Source: Gemmatimonadales bacterium (GTDB taxonomy: Bacteria > Gemmatimonadota > Gemmatimonadetes > Gemmatimonadales > GWC2-71-9). From it: DNA of 64,000 bases. Positions within the stretch are counted from its first letter, which is position 1; every line of letters starts with the position of its first letter. Both the position numbers and the translations under genes were made by a program. The stretch spans positions 11,237 to 75,236 of the forward strand of contig JBBQFH010000005.1 of the NCBI GenBank assembly GCA_038321865.1. Direction: 5' to 3'. The notes under the pieces were generated by a model. That model had not been told where the DNA came from. It did no database searches and worked only from the letters and a program-made list of their open reading frames with translations. This document shows, piece by piece, positions 45,574-55,025 of the stretch.

Positions 45574-47652
45574 ATGATCTCCCACCCATTTCGCCTGCTC
45601 TGCACCGTTGCGCTCCTTGCCGCAGGCGGGCGCGACGCCGGCGCGCAGCGCGCCATGCCTCGCCTGCAGCAGCTCCAGCGCCTGCTCACGGCCGAGGACG
45701 CACGCGGCCTCGGCGCCGACAGTGTGCAGCCGCTGATCGAGGGCGCGGGCGACCGCGATCCCGTGATCCGTCGCGTCGCCGTCCGGGGCATCGGCCGCCT
45801 CCAGCGACCGGAGATGGTGCCCCGCCTGACCGTGGCGCTGTCCGACGCGGTGCCGGCAGTGCGAGCCGAAGCCGCCAATGCCATCGCGCAGTCGGTTCGG
45901 CATCTCCGCCGCGCACCTGCCGCTGACCCTGGATGGAGATTCGCCCTCGACGGCGAACGCGCCCTGCTTTCCGCGCTCGGGCGTGAGCGGAACGACCCGG
46001 CGGCCGATGCGATCGCTGAGGCGGTCGGCCGCCTCCCATTCGACAGCAGCCGCGCACGTGCCGCCGAGCGGATGATCCGGGAGCGGGCGGGGTCGTCGCC
46101 CGGCTACGGGGCGCTGCACGCGTTCTACACGCTCGCGCTCGCCCGGCGGCAGACCGGGAATCTGGAGCCGGAGAGCATCGGCCGGCTGAAGACTGCTTCT
46201 CGCAGCGCAGCGGATCCTCGGGCTCGCCGCATGGCCATGCTGACGCTCGGCGTCTCCTCGGCGCTGGACAGCGGCACCACCCTGGCCGGGACCCGGGACG
46301 CGGACGACCAGGTGCGCCGGCTCGCACTGACCGGCGTCGCCGCGCTGCCGGCGGCGGTTCGCAGCGACATCCTGGCACGCGCCCTCCGTGATACCAGCAT
46401 CATCGTCAGAGCGGCCGCCGTCGCGCTGGCACGCGCACGCGGCACGCCGGCCGAGTGCGCCGGGCTGATCGCCGCCACCGGCGATGCACATCCCTATGTC
46501 GCGATGGTCGCACTCGACTCGCTTGGCCCTCCGTGCCCGACCGACAGCGTCCGCGCGACGCTCGCAGCAGTGCTCGACCAACCGCGCACGGGGCTCCCCG
46601 CACACGCATGGCAGGCCCCCGCGCATGCGCTGGTCTCACTGGCGCGCGCAGATGCCGGTGCCGCCGCACCGTTCATCGAGCGGTTCGCCGCTGCTCCGCG
46701 GTGGCAGGAACGGCTCTACGCCGCGCGGTCAGCGGCGATCACGCATTCGGTCCCGCTGCTCCTGCGCCTTGCCGCCGACTCCGACGACAATGTGCGCGAG
46801 GCGGCCGTGGCCGGGCTGATCCCCCTGCAGCAGCATGCCGCGGATAGCGTGTACATCACGGTACTCGGCTCCGAGGGAAACCAAGCCGTGCTGATGGCCG
46901 CGCAGGCGCTGGCCGGCTCGACTCATCCGGCGGCGGTGCCTGCGCTGTTTGCGGCACTCGATCGGCTCAGTGCCCGACGGAGTGAGAACCCCCGTGACCC
47001 GCGCCTCATGATTCTCCGCCGTATCGGCGAGCTCGGCCGACCGGCGGACAGCCTGCGGCTGGCACCCTACACCGCCGCTTTTGATACGACGGTCGCCGCG
47101 ATGGCGGGGGTGCTGCTGACCAGGTGGACGGGACATGCCGTAGCGGCCCGGCCGGCCCGGCTCCCAATCAGCCCGGTGCCGCTGGCGGCCGTCTATGCCA
47201 GCCCGGACGTTCGGCTCCGTGTCACCTTGGCGAAGGCCAGCGGCGGCGGATCGTTCGTGGTGCGCCTGTTCACCGACGAGGCCCCCGCCACCGCGGCGCG
47301 CATCATCGGCCTGGCGCGGTCACACTATTACGACGGTGTCGTGCTGCACCGGGTCGAGCCCAACTTCGTCTGGCAGGGTGGCGGGCCGGGCGCATCCGAG
47401 TACATCGGGAATCCGCGATTCATGCGGGACGAGCTGGCGTGGCGTTCGCACCTGCGGGGAACGCTGGGTATCTCGTCCCGCGGACGCGACACCGGTGACG
47501 CGCAGTGGTTCCTCAACCTGGCGGACAACCCGCTGCTCGATCACGAGTACACCGTCTTCGGCGAGATCGTGTCCGGCCGCGCCGCGGCCGAGCGGATCGT
47601 CGAGGGCGACACGATCGCGCGGGTGGACGTGCTCGGCGCACCCGCGCGATAA
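45574..47652 (+). CDS. HEAT-repeat protein with C-terminal cyclophilin-type peptidyl-prolyl isomerase
   Basis: Signal peptide; HEAT repeats (D..P.VR..AA.A); AP.T, YYDG...HRVEPNFV.QGG, RG.LG.S.RGRDTG..Q.F.NL, LD.EYTVFG. Confidence 0.88.
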   Translation: MISHPFRLLCTVALLAAGGRDAGAQRAMPRLQQLQRLLTAEDARGLGADSVQPLIEGAGDRDPVIRRVAVRGIGRLQRPEMVPRLTVALSDAVPAVRAEAANAIAQSVRHLRRAPAADPGWRFALDGERALLSALGRERNDPAADAIAEAVGRLPFDSSRARAAERMIRERAGSSPGYGALHAFYTLALARRQTGNLEPESIGRLKTASRSAADPRARRMAMLTLGVSSALDSGTTLAGTRDADDQVRRLALTGVAALPAAVRSDILARALRDTSIIVRAAAVALARARGTPAECAGLIAATGDAHPYVAMVALDSLGPPCPTDSVRATLAAVLDQPRTGLPAHAWQAPAHALVSLARADAGAAAPFIERFAAAPRWQERLYAARSAAITHSVPLLLRLAADSDDNVREAAVAGLIPLQQHAADSVYITVLGSEGNQAVLMAAQALAGSTHPAAVPALFAALDRLSARRSENPRDPRLMILRRIGELGRPADSLRLAPYTAAFDTTVAAMAGVLLTRWTGHAVAARPARLPISPVPLAAVYASPDVRLRVTLAKASGGGSFVVRLFTDEAPATAARIIGLARSHYYDGVVLHRVEPNFVWQGGGPGASEYIGNPRFMRDELAWRSHLRGTLGISSRGRDTGDAQWFLNLADNPLLDHEYTVFGEIVSGRAAAERIVEGDTIARVDVLGAPAR

Positions 47653-47657
47653 TTCGC

Positions 47658-48206
47658 TCAGGTCGCCTTGCGGTGGTAGGTGACTTCGACCGTCGCGGGA
47701 TTTCCGGCATCGTTGAGGATGTCGGAGTGTCCCACGAACTCGTCCGGACCCTTGCGAATGAAACTGGTCGTTCGCGGCTGCGTGGACATCACGCCCTTCT
47801 CGAAGGGCGTGGCATTGGTGAAGATGTCGCGGTCGGCCAGGTGCGACGTGAGCCGCATGTTCTGCCTGAACACCGGCTCGTAGGCCTCGAGCTCGGCTGA
47901 GAAGTGCCGGAACCGCATCTGCACGCCGTCCGCGGCGTCCGTGATGGTCAGGAGCTCGACGACGAGCACCTTCCCCTGCTCATCCACCAGCCGCATGGTG
48001 CCGGTCATCAGCCCGGCCTTCGGCGTGCTGAAGCTGATGTCGGCGACGGCCGTCATCCCGGTCATCCGGCCCTCCCAGGTACCGGTGAGCCAGCCGAAAT
48101 CGGCGGTGGTCGCGCGCGCCGCGGGCATGACGCCCTGGGCGGCCGCCGCGGCCGCCATGAGCATCAGCGCCAGCGCGCAGCCGAGGGATTTCGCAACAGA
48201 CGGCAT
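47658..48206 (-). CDS. Secreted hypothetical protein (DUF6265-like)
   Basis: Signal peptide; DFGWLTGTWEG, P..GLM.G.MR, MRFRHF. Confidence 0.7.
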   Translation of the reverse strand: MPSVAKSLGCALALMLMAAAAAAQGVMPAARATTADFGWLTGTWEGRMTGMTAVADISFSTPKAGLMTGTMRLVDEQGKVLVVELLTITDAADGVQMRFRHFSAELEAYEPVFRQNMRLTSHLADRDIFTNATPFEKGVMSTQPRTTSFIRKGPDEFVGHSDILNDAGNPATVEVTYHRKAT

Positions 48207-48217
48207 GGAAAGCTCCT

Positions 48218-48811
48218 TCAGTGGGTGGGACCGCGATCGAGACTTCGGATGTATCGTTCCAGCTGGGCCACCGACGCGTCGAACAGCTCCACGCTCCGGT
48301 GGGTGCGCGCCTGCATCACGGCGCCTTCCATGACGGTGAGGACCAGCGTGGCCAGTCCCGCGCGGTCGGTGTCGGCCGGGAGGCGCTCGCCGGCCGCCTC
48401 GAAGCACTGCTGGATGGCGGCCCGCCACTGCTCAAAGTTTTGGGCGATCCTGTCGCGGGCCGCGGGTGAGCTCTCGCCGACCTCGAGCGCCAGGCTGCCG
48501 ATCGGACAGGAATAGGTGCACCCGGAGCTCCGGACGCGTTCGCGGTAGTCCTCGAGCACGGCGAATACGCGCTCGATCGGATCCTCCGTCCGGCCAAACG
48601 CCGGATTCATGACGATCGGCCACAGGCCGGCCAGGTAGGCATCCAGCACCGCGAGCAGCAACGCTTCCTTGCCGTTGAAGCAGTGATAGAGGCTGCCGCT
48701 GTTCGCATTGGCCGCCTCCAGCACCTGGCCGATGCTGGTCGCCTCGTAACCCTGACGATGGAAGAGCTCCATCGCGGCGAAAACGATCCGGTCCCGGGTG
48801 GGCGTCGCCAT
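48218..48811 (-). CDS. TetR/AcrR family regulator
   Basis: TRDRI..AA.ELF..QGY.ATS...V..AA....GSLYH.F.GKE.L; CPIG.LALE. Confidence 0.92.
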   Translation of the reverse strand: MATPTRDRIVFAAMELFHRQGYEATSIGQVLEAANANSGSLYHCFNGKEALLLAVLDAYLAGLWPIVMNPAFGRTEDPIERVFAVLEDYRERVRSSGCTYSCPIGSLALEVGESSPAARDRIAQNFEQWRAAIQQCFEAAGERLPADTDRAGLATLVLTVMEGAVMQARTHRSVELFDASVAQLERYIRSLDRGPTH

Positions 48812-48822
48812 GAACACTGCTC

Positions 48823-48846
48823 CCTTGGTTGAACGATCAATCAAGG
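48823..48846. promoter_or_regulatory. Putative TetR operator (24-bp imperfect palindrome)
   Basis: CCTTGGTTGAAC/GATCAATCAAGG: 10 of 12 positions complementary; lies between the divergent tetR and ICL/PEP-mutase genes. Confidence 0.7.
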
Positions 48847-48893
48847 TGGAGCAGCCCGCTGTTCCCCGCAAGGCCCCGGGCCGAGGAAAGGCC

Positions 48894-49742
48894 GTGAATC
48901 TTCAGCGCGATCGCACCGCCACCTTCCGGAAACTCCACCAGGCGGGCTGTTTCGTGATGCCCAATCCCTGGGATGCAGGCAGCGCCCACCTCCTGGCGAT
49001 GCTGGGCTTCCCCGCCCTCGCGACGACCAGCTCCGGCCTCGCCTGGTCGCAGGGTCGGCGCGACAACGCCCTATCGCTCGAGGGGACGCTGGCCCACTTC
49101 CGCGCCCTGGCGCTCGCGGTCACGGTGCCGGTCAACGCAGATTTCGAAGGCGGTTTCGCGGTTGAGGCCGAAGGCGTCGGGCGAAACGTGGCGGCCGCGA
49201 TGGGCACCGGCATCGCCGGCATCTCGATCGAGGACTCGACCGGCGATCCCTCGCGCCCGCTGTTCGAGTTCGCGGCGGCGGTGGAGCGGATCCGCGCCGC
49301 GCGCCGGGCCATTGACGCAGCCGGCAGCGGTGTGGTGCTCACGGGCCGCTCGGAGGGCTTCATCGTCGGCCGGCCTGATCTCGGGGAGACGATCCGCCGC
49401 CTGCAGGCCTTTGCGGAGGCCGGAGCGGAGTGTCTCTACGCGCCCGGCATCCGGCGCCGGGAGGATATCGTTGCCGTGGTCGAGGCGGTGGCACCGAAGC
49501 CGGTGAACGTGCTGGTCGGGAGCGATTTCACTACGGTGGAGGAGCTCGCCGGACTGGGTGTCCGCCGGATCAGCGTGGGTGGAGCACTGGCACGCGTGGC
49601 GTGCGCCGGTTTCCTTCAGGCGGCGAGGGAGATCGCCGAGCTGGGGACGTTCACCGGGTTGGCCCGAGCGGTGTCGTTCGACGACCTCAACGGGGCGTTC
49701 CCTCCGAGCGACGTCGATCCAGCCCGGGGCCATTCCTCGTGA
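48894..49742 (+). CDS. Isocitrate lyase/PEP mutase family protein
   Basis: FRKLH, MPNPWDAGSA, ALATTSSG, PVNADFE.GF, SIED, LYAPG, GVRRISVGG. Confidence 0.9.
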   Translation: MNLQRDRTATFRKLHQAGCFVMPNPWDAGSAHLLAMLGFPALATTSSGLAWSQGRRDNALSLEGTLAHFRALALAVTVPVNADFEGGFAVEAEGVGRNVAAAMGTGIAGISIEDSTGDPSRPLFEFAAAVERIRAARRAIDAAGSGVVLTGRSEGFIVGRPDLGETIRRLQAFAEAGAECLYAPGIRRREDIVAVVEAVAPKPVNVLVGSDFTTVEELAGLGVRRISVGGALARVACAGFLQAAREIAELGTFTGLARAVSFDDLNGAFPPSDVDPARGHSS

Positions 49743-49808
49743 CGGTGGGACCCGTCATGCCTGTGCGATCTCCCATCCCGGATTCTCACGTTCAGCGGAG
49801 ACACGACC

Positions 49809-49892
49809 ATGCGGTTCATGATGCTGGTAAAGGCCGACGATGCGAGCGAAGCCATGCAGGCCGAAAATGAATTCCGCAAGCGCAGCTCGTGA
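49809..49892 (+). pseudogene. Probable remnant of a YciI/DGPF-family gene (27 codons)
   Basis: GGAG RBS then MRFMMLVKADDASEAMQAENEFRKRSS*; the first 15 residues resemble YciI-family N-termini. Confidence 0.55.
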
Positions 49893-49920
49893 TCCATCCA
49901 CTCTCCGACGGCGGTCATTC

Positions 49921-52101
49921 GTGAAGCAGCACTTCCTCCTGGCGGCTGGACTGCTTGTCCCGCACAGCCTCCCGGCCCAGTCGCCTCGTGCCGAGCTTCT
50001 CCGGTGGCAGCGCGAAGCGGCGCGCGTCACCATCGTCCGCGACGACCACGGAATTCCGCACCTCCACGGCCCGACCGACGCCGCCGCCGTCTTCGGCCTC
50101 ATGTACGCGCAGGCCGAGGATGATTTCAACCGGGTGGAGACCAACTATCTCACCTCGATGGGCCGGCTGGCGGAGGCGGAAGGCCAATCCGCGGTCTACA
50201 GCGACCTCCGGATGAAACTGTTCATCGATCCCGACTCGATGAAGGCGATGTACGCGAGAAGCCCCGTCTGGCTGAGGAAGGTGATGAACGGATGGGCCGA
50301 CGGCCTCAATTACTACCTTGCGACGCATCCCGCCGTGCATCCGAGGGTGCTCACGCGGTTCGAGCCCTGGATGGCGCTCACCTTCAGCGAGGGAAGCATC
50401 GGCGGGGACATCGAGCGGATAAGCCTGGCTCAGCTCGAGGCGTTCTACGGCCGGGAGACGCACGGCGAAGCGCCGCCCGAGCCCGAGCCGTCCGGTGACG
50501 GAGAGCCGCGCGGCTCCAACGGAATCGCGATCGCGCCGTCCAACACGCTGGCCCATCGCGCGCTGCTGCTCATCAACCCGCACACCTCGTTCTTCTTCCG
50601 GGCCGAAGTGCAGGTCACCAGCGACGAGGGACTCAACGCCTACGGTGCGGTGACCTGGGGCCAGTTCTTCGTCTACCAGGGCTTCAACGAACGTGCCGGG
50701 TGGATGCACACCAGCAGCGGCGTGGACAACATCGACGAGTATCGCGAGGTGGTGACGCGGCGGGGAGACCGTTTCACCTATCGGTATGGCGGCACGGAAC
50801 GGCCGGTGAGCGCCCGCCGCGTCGTCGTGCCGTACCGCACGCCGAACGGCATGTCCCGGAAGGAGTTCACGGTGTTCCGGACGCATCACGGGCCGATCGT
50901 GCGTCAGGCCGGCGGGAAGTGGATCAGCGTGCGATTGATGCAGGAGCCGCTCAAGGCACTGACGCAGTCGTACGCGCGGACGAAGACCCACAGCTATCGT
51001 GAGTTCCGCGCCGTCATGGACCTGCATACCAACTCGTCCAACAACACGATCTTCGCCGATGCCGACGGGAACATCGCGTACTTCCACGCCAACTTCATCC
51101 CTCGGCGCGATCCCCGTTTCGACTGGTCCAAACCGGTGGACGGCAGCGACACCGCCACCGAATGGCACGCGCCCTTCACGGTGGAGCAGAGCCCTCACCT
51201 GCTGAATCCCGCCGGCGGCTGGCTCTACAACAGCAACGACGCCCCCTGGACCGCGGCCGGCGCCGACAGCCCGCGGAAGGCGGGTTTTCCGGCGTACGTG
51301 GAGACCGGCGGGGAGTCCGCCCGGGGCCATCACGCGGTGATGGTGCTCGAGCACACCACGGATTTCACGCCGGCTTCGCTCAACGCCGCGGCGTACGACA
51401 GCTACCTGCCGGCGTTCGCCAGGCTGATTCCACCGCTGCTGCGGGGCTACGACTCCCTGCCATCAGGCGACCCGCTGAAGGACCGGCTTCGCGATCAGAT
51501 CGCGACGCTCCGCACCTGGGACTACCGCTGGTCCGTCACATCGGTCCCGACCTCGCTTGCCGTCTTCTGGGGCGAGGAGCTGGGCCGCCGTGCCTCACCC
51601 GGCGCCCGAGCGGCCGGCGTCCCGCTGGACACTTACGCCGCCACTGCCGACATCGGTGGACTGAGGCTCCAGGCACTCATCGCGGCGTCGGACAAGCTCT
51701 CGGCCGACTTCGGCACCTGGCGCACGGCGTGGGGCGACATCAACCGCTTTCAGCGCCTGACCGGCGATATCGTGCAGCCGTTCAACGACGCGGGGCCAAG
51801 CATCCCGGTGGGGTTCACGTCGGCAGTCTGGGGCTCGCTCGCATCATTCGGCGCGAACCAGTACCCCGGCACGAAGAAGCGGTACGGCACCAACGGCAAC
51901 AGCTTCGTGGCGATCGTGGAATTCGGGAAGGACAGCGTGCGCGCGCGGGCGGTGACGGCCGGCGGTGAGAGCGGCGACCCGGCATCGCCGCATTTCAACG
52001 ATCAGGCGGAGCGATACAGCACCGGCGACCTGCGTGCGGTCTACTACTACCCCTCCCAGCTGGCGGGGCACACCGAACGGACCTATCACCCCGGGCACTG
52101 A
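49921..52101 (+). CDS. Penicillin acylase / AHL-acylase-like Ntn hydrolase (peptidase S45)
   Basis: VTIVRD..GIPH..G, YAQAED, GSNGIAIAP (beta-chain Ser), LLINPH, GFNE..GW.HT, GNSFVA.VEF, SPHF.DQA. Confidence 0.92.
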   Translation: MKQHFLLAAGLLVPHSLPAQSPRAELLRWQREAARVTIVRDDHGIPHLHGPTDAAAVFGLMYAQAEDDFNRVETNYLTSMGRLAEAEGQSAVYSDLRMKLFIDPDSMKAMYARSPVWLRKVMNGWADGLNYYLATHPAVHPRVLTRFEPWMALTFSEGSIGGDIERISLAQLEAFYGRETHGEAPPEPEPSGDGEPRGSNGIAIAPSNTLAHRALLLINPHTSFFFRAEVQVTSDEGLNAYGAVTWGQFFVYQGFNERAGWMHTSSGVDNIDEYREVVTRRGDRFTYRYGGTERPVSARRVVVPYRTPNGMSRKEFTVFRTHHGPIVRQAGGKWISVRLMQEPLKALTQSYARTKTHSYREFRAVMDLHTNSSNNTIFADADGNIAYFHANFIPRRDPRFDWSKPVDGSDTATEWHAPFTVEQSPHLLNPAGGWLYNSNDAPWTAAGADSPRKAGFPAYVETGGESARGHHAVMVLEHTTDFTPASLNAAAYDSYLPAFARLIPPLLRGYDSLPSGDPLKDRLRDQIATLRTWDYRWSVTSVPTSLAVFWGEELGRRASPGARAAGVPLDTYAATADIGGLRLQALIAASDKLSADFGTWRTAWGDINRFQRLTGDIVQPFNDAGPSIPVGFTSAVWGSLASFGANQYPGTKKRYGTNGNSFVAIVEFGKDSVRARAVTAGGESGDPASPHFNDQAERYSTGDLRAVYYYPSQLAGHTERTYHPGH

Positions 52102-52126
52102 TCCGCCGGCGCCGCACCCGCGCGCA

Positions 52127-52156
52127 GAAATGGCCGCCATCGCTGGCGGCCATTTC
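52127..52156. terminator. Hairpin between convergent genes, probable terminator
   Basis: Perfect 13-bp stem GAAATGGCCGCCA-TCGC-TGGCGGCCATTTC. Confidence 0.75.
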
Positions 52157-52181
52157 CGTTTCCGTCAGACGGGCGGCGAGA

Positions 52182-54176
52182 TCAGTTCGATCCGCTCGCC
52201 ATTCCCCGCACCGTCGCCGCGAGCAGGCGGACACGGGCACCATCGCTGGCGCTGGCCGCGTCGCCATCGAGCTCGACGGCCAGAGCCGTCAGCGCGGTCT
52301 GCCGCCCGGCGCCGCTCATGTGATCCGCGGTGTTCAGCGCGCGGGAGATCGCCGAGAGGCGCGAGCCCGAGAGGCCCTTGCCGCGGGTCAGCTGGTCGAG
52401 GTACGCGCGAGCCACGACCGCCGTGTTGGGCCAGACGAACTTCGGCTGATCCTGCGGATTGAAGTAGGTGAGGTGCACCGACTTCGCCGCGTCGATTTCG
52501 TTCTGCGAGAGCAGCGGGCTCGGCGTAAGCTCGAGGATATCGAGCCCGCGCGCGATCTCGGAGCTCACGATCACGCCGTTATACCAGTAGGCCGACCAGG
52601 TACCGCCGGGGCCCTGCTTCGTCGAATCCGACGGACCGCGGTCGAAGAACGCGATTTCCTTCGGATGCGCCGCGTCGGTCCAGTCGAACACCGATACGCC
52701 GCCCTGGTACCAGGACTGGGCCATGATGTCACGGCCGGGCACCGGAATCAGCGAGCCGTTGTGCGCGACGCAGTTCTCGAATGACGTCTGCGGGGCCGGC
52801 ATCTTGTAGTAGCTCTGGAAGACGAGCTTGTCATTTACCCTGGTGAAGATGGCATCCGCGCCCCACTCGTGCTTGTCGGTCACGCGGCACTTCGGCTGGC
52901 CGCCGCCGCCCCACTCGTCCGAAAAGAGCATCTTGGTGCCGTCGTTGTTGAACGTCGCCGAATGCCAGTAGGAGAAGTTGGAGTCGGCGACGGCGCCGAT
53001 GCGCTTCGGGTTGGCCGGGTCGCTCAGGTCGAGCAGCAGGCCGTAGCCGCCGCAGGCGCCGCCGGCGCGTGCGAGGGTGGGGTAGACGGTGATGTCATGG
53101 CACTGGTTTGGGCCGGTGCGCTGGGCGCCCGGGCGCGGCGCGCCGATGAGGCGATCGATGATGCCGGGCAGCGCGGCGCGGAGCGTGGCGCTGTCGGCGG
53201 CCGTCGGTGCGCCGGTGCCGCCACGGGCCTTCACCACACTGTCGAGCATCGGATTGATGAACTGCGGCGGAAGCACCCGCTCAGCGCCCTGGATCATGGC
53301 GGTGTAGCCACCATGCGCGCGGGCGTCGGCGGCCGCCTTGGCGGCGGCGGCGATATCCTGCGGCGCTTCCCCGTGAACCGGCGGCGCGGCCAGACCCTGA
53401 AAGATGCGCGCGGAGTTCACGACCGCGGCCTGCTCCGGGTGAGCCAGCGGCACCTTGATGACTTCGATGCGGAAGAGCGCGGAGTTGGGATCCTGATCGG
53501 GCGCGAGGCGCGAGCAGCCCGCGAGCTCGTTCGGCGAGCGGACGCCGGCGGAGCCGGAGATATAGACGTAGACGTTTTCCTTGTCCTTCGGATCCTCGAC
53601 CACGGTGTGCGTGTGCGATCCGCGGCAGGTCTGCACGTTGGCGATGTACTTCGGGCTGCTGATGTCGGTGATGTCGAAGATGCGGAGGCCACGGACGCGG
53701 TCATGGCTCACGGTGTCGCGCACGCCCTGGGCGCCGCAGTCGAGCCGGCCCGACGTGCCCTCGCTCGAGACGAAGAGGAGGTTGTGCCAGACCGACACGT
53801 CGCTCTGCGAGGCCGGGCAGAAGAACGACGTCTTCAGCGTGGGTGCGGCCGGGTTGGAGATGTCCCAGACCTGGTAGCCGTTGTAGTTGCCCTGAATGGC
53901 ATAGTTCTGCGAGAACGAGAGATCCGAGTTGGTGCTGCCCAAAAACTTCTCGGACGGGTGCGTGTTGGACACGAGCCGGAGGTTCCACGTCGCCTGGGCG
54001 GCATCCCACATGCCGGCCTTGAGGCCGACGCGCGGATCGGGGCTCGGCGCCACCGCCGACATGTTGGGCGTCACCGACATGTCGGAGCCCGCTGACGAGG
54101 TCTTGGCGCACGACGCGAGGCTGAACGCCCCGATCGCGAGCGCGAGCGTGGTACAGGCTTTTGATACTGAGGCCAT
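52182..54176 (-). CDS. LVIVD-repeat lipoprotein
   Basis: Lipobox LASC; NSDL.F, GNYNG, Q.DVSV, QTCRGSHTHT, QCHDITVYP, YWHSATFNNDG, ENCVAHNGS; alternative start 54233 overlaps the upstream stop. Confidence 0.82.
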   Translation of the reverse strand: MASVSKACTTLALAIGAFSLASCAKTSSAGSDMSVTPNMSAVAPSPDPRVGLKAGMWDAAQATWNLRLVSNTHPSEKFLGSTNSDLSFSQNYAIQGNYNGYQVWDISNPAAPTLKTSFFCPASQSDVSVWHNLLFVSSEGTSGRLDCGAQGVRDTVSHDRVRGLRIFDITDISSPKYIANVQTCRGSHTHTVVEDPKDKENVYVYISGSAGVRSPNELAGCSRLAPDQDPNSALFRIEVIKVPLAHPEQAAVVNSARIFQGLAAPPVHGEAPQDIAAAAKAAADARAHGGYTAMIQGAERVLPPQFINPMLDSVVKARGGTGAPTAADSATLRAALPGIIDRLIGAPRPGAQRTGPNQCHDITVYPTLARAGGACGGYGLLLDLSDPANPKRIGAVADSNFSYWHSATFNNDGTKMLFSDEWGGGGQPKCRVTDKHEWGADAIFTRVNDKLVFQSYYKMPAPQTSFENCVAHNGSLIPVPGRDIMAQSWYQGGVSVFDWTDAAHPKEIAFFDRGPSDSTKQGPGGTWSAYWYNGVIVSSEIARGLDILELTPSPLLSQNEIDAAKSVHLTYFNPQDQPKFVWPNTAVVARAYLDQLTRGKGLSGSRLSAISRALNTADHMSGAGRQTALTALAVELDGDAASASDGARVRLLAATVRGMASGSN

Positions 54177-54229
54177 AGGAGATTCCGGTGAAAGGACGGA
54201 GTGGGGCGACTGGGTGTCGGAACGGAACA

Positions 54230-54916
54230 TCATGGCGCGCTGCCCCCGCCGGGGAGCGTCGCGAGCAGCTTCTGCATGCGATCAATTTCAGTGGACTGGT
54301 CGGCGTAGACGTCGGAGGCGAGGCGGAACACCGGCTCGTCCTGCCCGGCGCCTTCGGTCCCGAAGAGCTCGTTGACCATCGTGAGCGCGCCGGTGTGGTG
54401 CTGAATCATGAACGTGAGAAAGAGTCGGTCGAAGGCGGAACCGCGCGCCGCATCCAGCTGGGCCATCTGCTCCGGGGTGAGCATCCCCGGCATCAGCATC
54501 GGATGGTTCATCCCCGGCATCGACATGTTCATCGGCGCATCGGGGCTCGGCACCGGCAGATTCCGGTCGCGAAGCCAGTTCTGCATCAGCGTGATCTCGT
54601 CGCTCTGGCCGACGATGATGCGCTCGCCCAGCGCGCGGAGCGCGGGACTCGAGCCGTGGCTGGGAATCCAGCGGGCCATGACCAGCGCCTGGCCATGGTG
54701 GCCGATCATACCGGTCATGAAGTGGACGTCGGCCGGGACGAAGGCGCGCCGGAGGCTGTCGGCCATCAGCGCATCGCGTGAACGCGGGACCGTCGCAGCC
54801 GACACGGGTGCCGGCGCCGGTGTGGTGGGTGCATGCCCGGCCGCGGGGCTGCAGGCGGAAATGGCGAGCGCGGCGACCAGGCTGCCTGCGCCCATCCGCC
54901 GGGACGATCTGTTCAT
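54230..54916 (-). CDS. DUF305 lipoprotein
   Basis: Lipobox ISAC; ADV.FM.GMI.HH.QA, Q..EI..M..WL, MPGMLT, FDRLFL..MIQHH.GA. Confidence 0.9.
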   Translation of the reverse strand: MNRSSRRMGAGSLVAALAISACSPAAGHAPTTPAPAPVSAATVPRSRDALMADSLRRAFVPADVHFMTGMIGHHGQALVMARWIPSHGSSPALRALGERIIVGQSDEITLMQNWLRDRNLPVPSPDAPMNMSMPGMNHPMLMPGMLTPEQMAQLDAARGSAFDRLFLTFMIQHHTGALTMVNELFGTEGAGQDEPVFRLASDVYADQSTEIDRMQKLLATLPGGGSAP

Positions 54917-55025
54917 TGGGTCACGTATCCTCGGGATGGTGAAAATGCCATGGCCCTCAATTATCGGGCGTATATTCCGGAACGCAAGCGGCACCACCAG
55001 ACTCGCCCCGCCCCGGAGGCCCTCG

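Noticed and set aside
43014-45884. 956-aa ORF read as an SDR fusion
   Set aside because: The part upstream of 44462 is the antisense of the DUF3011 gene; the SDR starts near GTG 44462
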